Of a stretch of 54,574 bases of DNA, positions 15,464-30,564 are shown piece after piece. The notes beneath the pieces were generated by a model. The model was not told where the DNA came from, did no database searches, and saw only the letters and a program-made list of their open reading frames with translations. The first letter of the stretch is position 1, and each line of letters starts with the position of its first letter. Source of the stretch: Eledone cirrhosa (Eukaryota); contig CAXHJY010000741.1 in NCBI GenBank assembly GCA_964016885.1, positions 1 through 54,574 on the forward strand, in the 5' to 3' direction. The translations under genes were made by a program, and so were the position numbers.

Positions 15464-15894
15464 ATATATTATATATATATTATATAATATATATATTATA
15501 TATTATATATATTATATATATATATATAATATATATATAAATATATATATTATATATATATTATATATATATAAATATATATATTATATCTATATATAAA
15601 TATATATATATATATAAATATATATATATTATATATATTATATATATATTATATCTATATATAAATATATATAAATATATATAAATATATATATTATATA
15701 TATATATATTATATATATATTATATCTATATATAAATATATATATATTATATATATTATATATATATATTATATATATAAATATATATAAATCTATATAT
15801 AAATATATATATATATTATATATATTATATATATATATATAAATATATATATATTATACATTATATATATATATATATTATATATATATTATAC

Positions 15895-15931
<37 letters not shown>

Positions 15932-16132
15932 ATATATTATATATATATATTATATATATTATACATTATATATATATTATATATATATTATATATATATA
16001 TTATATATATTATACATTATATATATATATATTATATATATATTATATATATATATTATATATATTATACATTATATATATATATATATATATATATTAT
16101 ACATTATATATATATATATATATATTATACAT

Positions 16133-16163
<31 letters not shown>

Positions 16164-16164
16164 C

Positions 16165-16202
<38 letters not shown>

Positions 16203-16420
16203 TATATATATATATATATTATATATTATATATATTATATATTATATATTATATATATTATACATTATATATATATATATTATATATATATATTATATAT
16301 ATTATACATTATATATATATATATATTATATTATATATATTATATATATATATTATATATATTATATATATATATTATATATATTATATATTATATATAT
16401 ATATATTATATATATTATAC

Positions 16421-16460
<40 letters not shown>

Positions 16461-16610
16461 TATATATATATATATTATATATATTATATATATATATATA
16501 TTATATATATTATATATATATATATTTTATATATATTATATATATATATATATCATATATATATATTATATATATATATCATATATATATATATATATAT
16601 ATTATATATA
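14263..16610. repeat. (TA)n tract
   Basis: Composition; local duplicated blocks. Confidence 0.95.
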
Positions 16611-16773
16611 CGTTATTCCGGGTTGAATCGGAGGTAACCACAGTAAGTAAGGTACTCAATACATAGCAGAGTATAACAGTTTTAATATAGATGAGATTCT
16701 ACAGGACTAGAACTGTTTCCTGATGATTTCTAATGAATGAAACAGTTCTAGTCCTGTAGAATCTCATCTATAT
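16611..16773. mobile_element. Fold-back mini element: perfect 35-bp inverted repeat enclosing a hammerhead core
   Basis: Arms 16685-16719 and 16739-16773; loop CTGATGA-TTTCTAATGAAT; right arm starts GAAAC..GTC. Confidence 0.75.
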
Positions 16774-16775
16774 AT

Positions 16776-16809
<34 letters not shown>

Positions 16810-17023
16810 ATATATATATTATATATATTATATATATATATATATCATATATATATATTATATATATATATATATCATATATATATATTATATATATTAT
16901 ATGTATATATATATATCATATATATATATTATATATATTATATATGTATATAAATATATATATATATATTATATATATATATATATTATATATATATATA
17001 TATTATATATATATATATATATT

Positions 17024-17055
<32 letters not shown>

Positions 17056-17090
17056 TATATATATATATTATATATATTATATGTATATAA

Positions 17091-17121
<31 letters not shown>

Positions 17122-17146
17122 ATATATTATATATATTATATATATA

Positions 17147-17190
<44 letters not shown>

Positions 17191-17282
17191 TATATATATA
17201 TTATATATATTATATATATTATATATATTATATATATTATATATATATATATATTATATATATATATTATATATATATATAT

Positions 17283-17314
<32 letters not shown>

Positions 17315-17522
17315 TATATATTATATATTATATATATATATATTATATATATTATATATATATATATTATATATATATATATATTATATATATTATATAT
17401 ATTATATATATATATATTATATATATATATAAATATTATATATATATATATATTATATATATATATATTATATATATATATTATATATAAATATATATAA
17501 ATATATATTTATATATATATAT

Positions 17523-17568
<46 letters not shown>

Positions 17569-17572
17569 ATAT

Positions 17573-17614
<42 letters not shown>

Positions 17615-17618
17615 ATAT

Positions 17619-17660
<42 letters not shown>

Positions 17661-17662
17661 AT

Positions 17663-17696
<34 letters not shown>

Positions 17697-17873
17697 ATAT
17701 TATATATATATATATTATATATTATATATATTATATATTATATATATTATATATATATATATTATATATATATATTATATATTATATATATTATATATTA
17801 TATATATTATATATATATATTATATATATTATAAATATATATATATTATATATATTATATATATTTTATATAT
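16774..17873. repeat. (TA)n tract
   Basis: Composition. Confidence 0.95.
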
Positions 17874-19769
17874 ATCATCATCATCATCAGGTTTAGCGTC
17901 CGTGTTCCACGCTTGCATGGGTTTGGACGTGGGATTTTCCCACTTGAGGCAATAGTGGTTTTCTTGATCGCATAGGACTGTCTGGCGGGTTTTCTACAGT
18001 TGGATGCCCTTCCTAACACCAACCACATTTACAGTGTGGGGCTGGGAGGTTTTTACCGTGTTGCCTACACGGCCACATTACAGCGTGGACTGTCTGGCGG
18101 GTTTTCTACAGTTGGATGCCCTTCCTAACACCAACCACATTTACAGTGTGGAGCTGGGAGGTTTTTACCGTGTTGCCTACACGGCCACATTACAGCGTGG
18201 ACTGTCTGGCGGGTTTTCTACAGCTGGATGCCCTTCCTAACACCAACCACATTACAGCGTGGACTGTCTGGCGGGTTTTCTACAGCTGGATGCCCTTCCT
18301 AACACCAACCACATTTACAGTGTGGGGCTGGGAGGTTTTTACCGTGTTGCCTACACGGCCACATTTACAGCGTGGACTGTGTGTTTTTTGTCGTGACACC
18401 TACACGATCTCATTTGTTTCGGCCTGGATGTTGTGGGACCAACATAACTGTACATTGAAAGGGGCGGTGTGGATGGGGTGGAGGTGGTGGGATGGGGGGT
18501 TGTTTTGATAGAGATGCCTACTGACTGTAGTAGGTTTTTACTTTGTATTTAGGTAAGGCGGGTCTTCTCTATTACTGAGTACCGCCAAAGGTCTCGGTCC
18601 AGTGACATTGTCTTGGAGAGATGTAAGCGTGTGAAGTCGGAATTTATCAGCTCGTCCCATGTTTTTCTGGGTCTGCCTACTCCGTGGCTTCCGTCTATCT
18701 TTATTGCCCTGCACTTTGTTATACAGCTGTCGTCTTTCATGCGCATCACGTGACCGTACCAACGTAGCCTTCTCTCGAGTAAACAACATCTGATCCCTCT
18801 TATTTCTAATTTTTTCCTTAGTTCGTTTATGCTTTGCCGTTCACGTATATTACTATTGCACATCCAGCGGAGCATGCAAGCTTCGTTCCTCTCTAGTCTG
18901 CATATATCCTCTGCACACAATGGCCAGGTCTCACTGCCATGCAGCATTGCTGTTCGTATGCAGGCATCGTATAACCTGCCTTTCATTTTAGGGAGAACCC
19001 TCTAGCGGCTAATAGTGGTATAAGCTCTCTGAACTTTTTCCATCCAGTTCTGACTCTAGCTACTGTACTTTCAGAGCACCCTCCCCCACTGCTGATTTTG
19101 TCACCCAGGTAACGGAAGTTGTCCACTATTTCTATAGAACCCTCTGCGCAGTTGAAGGAGCTAGTATTTTGTGGGCACTTGCTGCTACTTATTGCACCAG
19201 AGCACCGGCCACATGTAAAATCTATGTTCTTAGTTAGCTTACCTGTGATCCCACTACATCTTTTATGCACCCATACTTTGCATTTGGGACATAAAATGGA
19301 GTTTCTACCTACGCCTTTCCTACACACTGAGCATGGCCATTTCCCAGATGGGACTGCCGCCTTATTTTCTTTCCTAAAAACTAGAACTTTAGTCTTAGCC
19401 AGGTTAATTTTAAGGCCTTTTGATTCTAGGCCGTGCTTCCATGCTGAAGGGCAATAATAAATAGTAGGGGGCTAAGAACAGAGCCCTGATGGACACCAAC
19501 TTTTACGCTAATCTCTTCACTATATTCGTTGTTAATTCTAACCTTACTGACTGTTTCTCTTATACATGGCTTGTATAGCTCTCACAAGCCATTCGTCAAC
19601 ACCTAGTTTTCTAAGAGACCACCAGATAATGGAACGGGGGACTCTGTCGAAGGCTTTCTCCAAGTCGCCGAAAGCTAAGTATAGGGGTTTACTTTTAGCT
19701 AGGTACTTCTCCTGTAGTTGTCGTACAATGAAAAGAGCGTCTGTGGTACTTTTGCCTGACACAAATCCG
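17874..19769 (-). mobile_element. RTE LINE copy B, 5'-truncated, internally deleted, long repeat-containing 3' UTR, (GAT)n tail
   Basis: ORF pieces 19544-19762, 18983-19327 and 18549-18986 are homologous to copies A and C. YADD region missing at about 19445. CAT repeats at 17874-17889. Confidence 0.93.
17975..18373. repeat. 112-bp tandem repeat (units of 112, 112, 62 and about 113 bp) in the 3' UTR of copy B
   Basis: GGACTGTCTGGCGGG restarts at 17975, 18087, 18199 and 18261. Confidence 0.92.
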
Positions 19770-20323
19770 ATATATATATATATATTATATATATATAAAT
19801 ATATATATATTATATATATTATATATATTATAAATATATTATATATATATAAATATATATAAATATATATATATTATATATATATATATATTATATATAA
19901 ATATATATATATTATATATATATATATATTATATAATATATATATATATAATATATATTTATATATTTATAATATATATATATATATAATTATATATTTA
20001 TTTATATATGTTTATATATATATAATATATATATATTTATATATAAATATATATATATTATATATATATATATTATATAATATATATATATAATATATAT
20101 ATTTATATATATATAATATATAATATATATAATATATAATATATATATATTTATATATATATAATATATGATATATATATATTTATATATATTTATATAT
20201 ATATAATATATAATATATATATATTTATATATATTTATATATATATAATATATAATATATATATATATATTTATAATATATATAATATATATATTTATAA
20301 TATATATAATATATATATTTATA

Positions 20324-20366
<43 letters not shown>

Positions 20367-20935
20367 CTAATATATATATATATATAATATATATATATAT
20401 ATGTATATATAATATATATATATATATATAAAATATATATATATATATTATATATTATATATATATATATATTATATATATATATATAATATATATATAT
20501 ATATATGTATATTATATATATATATATATAAAATATATATATATATTTTATATATTATATATATATATATTATATATATTATATATATATATTATATTAT
20601 ATTATATATATTATATATATATATAAATTATATATATATTATATATTATATATATATATATATATTATATATATTATATATATATTATATATATTATATA
20701 TATATATAAATATATATATTATATATATATAAATATATATAATTATATATATATAAATATATATATTATAAATATATATATTATATATATATAAATATAT
20801 ATATATATATTATATATATAAATATATATATATATAAATATATATGTTATATATATAAATATATATATATATAAATATATATGTTATATATATAAATATA
20901 TATATATATAAATATATATGTTATATATATAAATA

Positions 20936-20988
<53 letters not shown>

Positions 20989-20993
20989 AAATA

Positions 20994-21038
<45 letters not shown>

Positions 21039-21043
21039 AAATA

Positions 21044-21086
<43 letters not shown>

Positions 21087-21412
21087 AAATAAATTTATAT
21101 ATTATATGTATATAAATATACTATATATTATATATATTATATATTATATGTATATAAATATATTATATATTATATGTATATAAATATATTATATATTATA
21201 TGTATATAAATATATTATATATTATATGTATATAAATATATTATATATATATTTATATATATATAATATATATATTATATATATATTTATATATATATAT
21301 ATATTATATATATATTTATATATATATAATATATATATTATATATATATTTATATATATATAATATATATATTTATATAAATATATATATAATATATATA
21401 TTATATATATAT

Positions 21413-21460
<48 letters not shown>

Positions 21461-21557
21461 TTATATACATATAATATATAATATATTTATATACATATAA
21501 TATATAATATATATAATATATAGTATATTTATATACATATAATATATAAATTTATTT

Positions 21558-21603
<46 letters not shown>

Positions 21604-21904
21604 ATTTATATATTATATATATATAAATTTATATATTATATATATATAAATATATATATATATTATAAATTATATATATATAAATATAAATTATATATAT
21701 ATAACTATATATATATATATTATATATTATATATATATTATATATATATAAATATATATAAATTTATATGTTATATATATATAAATATATATATATTTAT
21801 AAATTATATATATATAAATATAAATTATATATATATAACTATATATATATATATTATATATTATATATATATAAATATATATAAATATATATAAATTTAT
21901 ATAT

Positions 21905-21936
<32 letters not shown>

Positions 21937-21941
21937 AAATA

Positions 21942-21996
<55 letters not shown>

Positions 21997-22183
21997 AAAT
22001 AAATTTATATATATATGTATATAAATATACTATATATTATATATATTATATATTATATGTATATAAATATATTATATATTATATATATATATATATATAT
22101 ATTATATAAATATTTATATATATATAATATATATATATATTATATATATATAATATATAATTTATATATATTTATATATATAT

Positions 22184-22216
<33 letters not shown>

Positions 22217-22255
22217 ATACATAAATTTATATATATTTATATATATATATATATA

Positions 22256-22307
<52 letters not shown>

Positions 22308-22346
22308 ATACATAAATTTATATATATTTATATATATATATATATA

Positions 22347-22394
<48 letters not shown>

Positions 22395-22399
22395 AATTT

Positions 22400-22441
<42 letters not shown>

Positions 22442-22482
22442 ATATATATATTTATATATTATATATATATAAATTTATATAT

Positions 22483-22558
<76 letters not shown>

Positions 22559-22593
22559 ATATTTATATATTATATATATATAAATTTATATAT

Positions 22594-22639
<46 letters not shown>

Positions 22640-22812
22640 TATATATATATAATATATAAATTTATATATATATATATATATATATATTATTATATATATA
22701 TATATATATTTATATATTATATATATATATTTTTATATATTATATATATATAAATTTATATATATATATTTATATATATATATTATATATATATAATATA
22801 TAAATTTATATA

Positions 22813-22856
<44 letters not shown>

Positions 22857-22912
22857 TATATAAATCTTATATATTATATATATATAAATATATATAAATT
22901 TATATATTATAC

Positions 22913-22943
<31 letters not shown>

Positions 22944-23115
22944 ATATATAAATTTATGTATATTTATATATATATATAAATATATATATTATATATTATA
23001 TATATATAAATATATATATTATATATTATATATATATAAATATATATATTATATATATATAAATATATATAAATATATATATTATATATATATAAATATA
23101 TATAACTTTATATAT

Positions 23116-23147
<32 letters not shown>

Positions 23148-24442
23148 ATTATATATATATAAATATAAATTATATATATATAACTATATATATATATATT
23201 ATATATTATATATATATTATATATATATAAATATATATAAATTTATATATTATATATATATAAATATATATATATATTATAAATTATATATATATAAATA
23301 TATATATTATATATATATAAATATATATAAATTTATATATTATATATATATAAATATATATATATATTATAAATTATATATATATAAATATAAATTATAT
23401 ATATATAACTATATATATATATATTATATATTATATATATATAAATATATATAAATATATATAAATTTATATATTATATATATATAAATATATATATATA
23501 TTATAAATTATATATATATAAATATATATATATATTATATATTATGTATATATAAATATATATATATATATAAATTTATATATTATATATATATAAATAT
23601 ATATATATATTATAAATTATATATATATAAATATATATATATATTATATATTATATATATATAAATATATATACATATATATATATATATTATATATTAT
23701 ATAAATATATATAAACTTATATATTATATATATATAAATATATTTATATATTATATATATATAAATATATTTATATATAAATATATATATATATTATATA
23801 TTATATATATATAAATATATATAAATATATATATATTATATATATTATATATATTATATATATATAAATATATTATATATATTATATATAAATATATATA
23901 TATTATATACATTATATATATATAAATATATTATATATATTATATATAAATATATATATATTATATACATTATATATATATAAATATATTATATTATATA
24001 TCATATATTATATGTATATAAATATATTATATACATTATATATATATAAATATATATATATATTATATATCATATATTATATGTATATAAATATATTATA
24101 TACATTATATATATATAAATATATATATATATTATATATCATATATTATATGTATATAAATATACTATATATTATATGTATATAAATATACTATATATTA
24201 TATATTATATATATTATATGTATATAAATATATTATATATTATATATATATAAATATATATAAAATATATATATATATATTATACATTATATATATATAT
24301 CTATATATATTATATATATATATCTATATATATTATATATATATATTATATATATTATATATTATATATTATATATATATATATTATATATATATAAATA
24401 TATATATATATATTATACATTATATATATATATATTATACAT
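19770..24442. repeat. 4.7-kb (TA)n tract with internal duplications and inversions
   Basis: Composition; the block near 21085-21200 recurs inverted near 21450-21560. Confidence 0.95.
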
Positions 24443-24660
24443 TATTCATTAAAATAACAGATTAAATTTTAAGCAAGAATCGCTGCTTTCACCCTTAATG
24501 GGATCTTCTGAAGATCCCGTTAAGGGTGAAAGCAGCGATTCTTTGCTTTAACTTTAATCTGTTATTTTAATAAATATTTGCTCTACGGTTCTTATATATT
24601 TGATATATATTTTCCTTATCGAGCCCTCTTTGGATTTTAGTCTTCAATTTTATTATTATT
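24443..24660. mobile_element. Fold-back mini element, about 62-bp arms, centred on a hammerhead CTGAAGA
   Basis: 24448-24508 is the near reverse complement of 24510-24571; CTGAAGA-t-ccc gttaa ggg-t-GAAA at 24508-24531. Confidence 0.7.
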
Positions 24661-24843
24661 AATATATTATACATTATATATATATATATTATACATTATA
24701 TATATATTATATATAATATATATATATATATATATTATATATATTATATATATATATAAATATATATATATTATATATTATATATATAAATATATATATA
24801 TTCTATATATATATATTATATATATATTATATATTATATATAT

Positions 24844-24909
<66 letters not shown>

Positions 24910-25006
24910 TATATATATATATATATTATATATATATAAATATATATATAAATATATATTATATATATATTATTATATATAAATATATATATAAATATAT
25001 ATTTTA

Positions 25007-25046
<40 letters not shown>

Positions 25047-25054
25047 ATATATAT

Positions 25055-25099
<45 letters not shown>

Positions 25100-25158
25100 A
25101 ATATATATATATATATATTATATATATATTATATATATATAAATATATATATATATAT

Positions 25159-25190
<32 letters not shown>

Positions 25191-25205
25191 ATTATATATA
25201 TATAT

Positions 25206-25237
<32 letters not shown>

Positions 25238-25252
25238 ATTATATATATATAT

Positions 25253-25285
<33 letters not shown>

Positions 25286-25295
25286 TATATATATT

Positions 25296-25622
25296 ATCAT
25301 CATCATCACCGTTTTACGTCCGTTCTTCCACGCTAGCATGGGTTAGACGGGTTGTCCTGTTGTGGGCAGTGTCTGGTCGGCTGACCATGCCTTGCTCATA
25401 CAGGAACTGATGTGGCTTGATTTCTACAGCTGGATGCCCTTCCTAACACCAACCTCATTTACAGTGAGTGCTGGGTGATTTTTCGTGGGGCCTACACGTC
25501 CACTTTACAGTGTGGGCTGGGTGCTTTTTTGCCGTGGCACCTCCACGACCACCTTGCGGTGGGGGGAGTGGGGGCATATTGTTTATATGCTTCAGCATGT
25601 ACCCATGGGAGGTCGGGTACCC
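25296..25622 (-). mobile_element. Short 3'-terminal copy of RTE family C, inverted relative to copy C
   Basis: Reverse complement of about 28252-28578 with only a few differences; CAT tail. Confidence 0.93.
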
Positions 25623-25792
25623 TATATATAAATATATATATTTATATATTATATATATATAAATATATATATATGTAAATATATATATATGTAAATATAT
25701 ATATATGTAAATATATATATATGTAAATATATATATATGTAACACAAATATATATATATGTAACATAAATATATATATATATAAATATATAT

Positions 25793-28582
25793 ATATGTAA
25801 CACAAACTTTAAAAAACCCGACAACCACCTGATCACCTATAGATCAGGGGAGCACTCTAGTCAGTTAGATTTTATCCTCATCAGAGGACGTGACAGATGG
25901 ACGGTCGTAAACACAAAAGCCTTCCCTAGTGAGGAATGTACATCCCAACATAGCTTAGTTGTCAGCGACCTCACGGTCAGAACTAGACGAGCCCTGAAAC
26001 AGAGGCCAACCTGGAGAAGAAAGATCTGGAAGCTGAAAGTCCCCTCAACCAGTAACAGATTTAAAGATATTTTACTCAACGCCTACGACAGTAAAGAAGA
26101 ACAGATAGAGACATTTAACGTAGAAGAGAACTGGGAGTTCCTAAAAAATAACTTACTAGAGGCGACGGATGAGGTTTGTGGCTGGAGTAAGACCTCAAGC
26201 AGGAGGAGAGTGACTTGGTGGTGGAACAATAAGGTAGATGAAGCAGTCAAGGCCAAGAGACAGGCATGGAAAGAATGGAAGAACGGGGGGAGCAGGGTAC
26301 ATTACATAGAGACCAAGAGGGAAGCTAGGTGACAAGTATACTTAGCTAGGAGGGAAGCAGAGGATAGAAAATTCAAGCATGTTTTACAACGTGAGGACCA
26401 GAAACAGGAGGTATTCAAGATTGCGAGGCAGTGTGTCAGAGATAGTTGTGATGTCATTGGAGAGAAGTGTATCCGGAATGATAAAGGTGAGCTTGCCCTC
26501 ACAAGTGCTGAGAAGAAAGATGCATGGAAGAGTCATTATGATAGATTACTAAATGAGGAGAATGCATGGGAAGAAGAGACCCTACCCCACGTAGACCCTA
26601 TACAGGGACCAGCAGTACAAGTCAGCGGCAGCGTAGTAAGTAAGGCAATCAGAGATATGAAGATAGGGAAGGCAACCGGTCCATCGGGTATAGCTGCCGA
26701 GATGCTGAAGGCATCTGGGTCTGTAGGTCACACTATAACCACACGTATCGTTAACCAGGTAATACTAGAGGGGGCCATACCAAAAGATTGGTGCAGTAGC
26801 ATCATTGTCAACTGCTACAAAGGTAAAGGCGATGCACTAGATAGAGGAAACTATAGAGGTATAAAGTTGATGGACCAGGTCATGAAAGTAACAGAAAGAG
26901 TTATAGCACAGCTGATTAGGGACCGGGTGAATATAGACGAGATGCAATTTGGGTTTGTACCAGGGAAAGGCACCACTGATGCGCTCTTCCTTGTGAGGCA
27001 ATTACAGGAAAAGTACCTAGCTAAAAGTAAGCCACTCTACTTGGCATTTGTCGACCTTGAGAAAGCCTTTGACAGAGTTCCACGTGCAGTAATCTGGTGG
27101 GCTCTTAGAAAACTAGGAGTAGATGAATGGCTTGTGAAAGCGGTACAAGCCATGTATAGGGGAGCAGTCAGCAAAGTTAGGATTGGCAATGAGTATAGCG
27201 AGGAATTTAGCGTACAGGTTGGGGTCCACCAGGGCTCTGTTCTTAGCCCTCTCCTGTTCATCATAGTCCTGCAGGCAATAACGGAGGAGTTTAAGACCGG
27301 ATGCCCATGGGAACTCCTGTATGCTGATGACCTCGCACTCATAGCTGAATCTATGGTAGAACTAGAGAATAAATTCCAAACCTGGAAGCAGGGACTAGAG
27401 AGAAAGGGCCTCAAAGTCAACATGACAAAGACTAAGGTCCTTATAAGTAGACGAGAAAACAGAACCCAGATCCCCTCAGGGAAATGGCCTTGCTCAGTAT
27501 GTAGGAAAGGTGTAGGTAGGAACTCCATTCTTTGCCCCAAATGCAAACAATGGGTACACAAGAGATGTAGCGGGATCTCAGGAAGCTTAATTAAGAATGT
27601 AGGATTCACATGCAGCAGCTGTGCTGAAACAGCAAGCAAACAGCCACAGGAAACAAGTACCACCAATCTCTGGGAGGGCCCTGTAGAAACAGTAGACAGC
27701 TTCTGCTACCTAGGTGACCGAATTAGCAACGGAGGTGGGTGCTCAGAAAGTACAATAACTAGGGTAAGAACGGGATGGAAGAAGTTTAGGGAACTACTAC
27801 CACTGCTAGCTGCAAAAGGCTTCTCCCTCAGAATGAAAGGCAGACTGTATGATGCGTGTATCCGAACAGCGATGTTGCATGGTAGTGAGACCTGGGCGCT
27901 GAAGGTGGAAGACTTACGTAGATTAGAGAGAAACGAAGCCTGCATGCTCCGATGGATGTGTAACAGTAATATACGTGAACGACAAAGCATAAATGAATTG
28001 AGAGAGAGACTGAGCATAAGAGGAATCAAATGCTGCGTGCAGGAGAGGCGGTTACGCTGGTATGGACATGTGATGCGTATGAAGGATGACAGCTGCATAA
28101 AAAGGTGCAGAGCACTAGAAGTTGATGGAAACCGCGGAGTGGGGAGACCCAAAATGACTTGGGATGAGGTGATAAAAGCCGACCTTACCCAACTACACCT
28201 CTCAAAGTCAATGACACACGACCGTGACTTCTGGCGTCACGCAGTAATACAGGGTACCCGACCTCCCATGGGTACATGCTGAAGCATATAAACAATATGC
28301 CCCCCCCCCACCGCAAGGTGGTCGTGGAGGTGCCACGGCAAAAAAGCACCCAGCCCACACTGTAAAGTGGACGTGTAGGCGCCACGAAAAAGCACCCAGC
28401 ACTCACTGTAAATGAGGTTGGTGTTAGGAAGGGCATCCAGCTGTAGAAATCAAGCCACATCAGTTCCTGTATGAGCAAGGCATGGTCAGCCGACCAGACA
28501 CTGCCCACAACAGGACAACCCGTCTAACCCATGCTAGCGTGGAAGAACGGACGTAAAACGGTGATGATGATGATGATGATGA
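25793..28582 (+). mobile_element. RTE LINE copy C, 5'-truncated, one premature stop, about 280-nt 3' UTR, (GAT)n tail
   Basis: One frame from ICNTNFKKP (25793) to the stop at 28282, broken only by TGA at 26330-26332 (Arg codon in copy A). Full RT with YADD and PHD-like finger. Confidence 0.96.
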
Positions 28583-28750
28583 TTATATATATATTATATA
28601 AATATATATATATATATTATATATTATATATTTATATGTTATATATTTTATATATTATATATATATTTTTATACACACCCTAAATAGTGGTAGGCAGTAA
28701 TATATTACAGTTGTAAGCCTAAAAATGTTTTGAACAGTTCTTTGATTCTT

Positions 28751-28842
<92 letters not shown>

Positions 28843-29032
28843 ATATATATTATATATATATATATATGTTATATATATTATATATATATATATATGTTAT
28901 ATATATTATATATATATATATATGTTATATATTATATATATATAAATATATATTTATATATATTATATATATATATATGTTATATATTATATATATATAA
29001 ATATATATTATATATATATATATGTTATATAT

Positions 29033-29063
<31 letters not shown>

Positions 29064-29083
29064 TATATATATATGTTATATAT

Positions 29084-29114
<31 letters not shown>

Positions 29115-29927
29115 TATATATATATGTTATATATTATATATATAAATATATATATATATTATATATATTATATATATATTATATATTATATATATAAATA
29201 TATATATATATTATATATATTATATATATATTATATATTATATATATATATATATATTATATATATTATATATATATTATATATATATATATATATTATA
29301 TATATTATATATATATATATATTATATATTATATATATATAAATATATATATATTATATATTATATATATTATATTGTATATATTATATATATATAAATA
29401 TATATATTATATATTATATATATTATATATATATATAAATATATATATTATATATTATATATATTATAAATATATATATATATATATATTATATATATTA
29501 TATATATATATTATATATATTATAAATATATATATATTATATATATTATATATATATATTATATATTATATATATTATATATATTATAAATATATATATA
29601 TATATTATATATATTATAAATATATATATATTATATATATTATATAGTATATATATTATAAATATATATATATATTATATATTACATATATTATAAATAT
29701 ATATATATTATATATATTATAAATATATTATATATATTATATATATTATATATTATATATATTATAAATATATTATATATATTATATATATATATATTAT
29801 ATATATTATATATATATATATATTATATATTATATATATTATAAATATATTATATATATTATATATATATATATTATATATATTATATATATATATATAT
29901 TATATATCATATATATTATATTTTATG

Positions 29928-30000
<73 letters not shown>
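28583..30000. repeat. (TA)n tract with a short non-repetitive island near 28670-28757
   Basis: Composition. Confidence 0.92.
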
Positions 30001-30006
<6 letters not shown>

Positions 30007-30481
30007 TTCAAGAGTAACCAATCTTAAAGAGAGAGATTGAGATAGTAGAGGAGATATGAGAGGAAAGATTGGTGAGTTAGTTAGAAGCCAAAGCGTAAAG
30101 GCATGTGCTCAATGTGCAATTAATATTATTATTATTTTTCTCTTAATATTATTATTATTATTATTCTCTACATTCCTTACATCAAACTAAATATGTTGAC
30201 AATCTTTTAATAATGTCTTCCTTGTGAAATTTGTGGTTTTGTTTTGCTTAACTAATGAATATATATATGTATATATATATTATATATTATATATATATAA
30301 ATATATATATAATAAGGTGTATTATTGGTCGTGTCAAACGGGCCAATAAATTTTTGTTAGCAATATTCAGTTCTCCACGCTATTGTATATCTCCAATTCC
30401 ATTTATGGGAACAGCTAGATGATGTAAAATGCAGTATTTGTATCAAAATAAAGATCCGAAGGCATGGTATAAATTTCCAAT

Positions 30482-30564
30482 CATTTTAATCATGACACTT
30501 GTTTCAATAAGAGATAGATCGATCGTGTAGCCATGATAATCACTGATCTCGTCAGGTGAAAATG
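30482..30564 (-). ncRNA. Degenerate hammerhead-like motif, probably an old PLE pLTR
   Basis: Minus strand: cattttcac-CTGACGA-gatc..gatc..-GAAA-caagtg-TC-atgattaaaatg; stems imperfect. Confidence 0.4.

Noticed and set aside
17975-18373. Regularly spaced repeats as a CRISPR array
   Set aside because: The whole unit repeats with no unique spacers; eukaryotic LINE UTR; no cas genes
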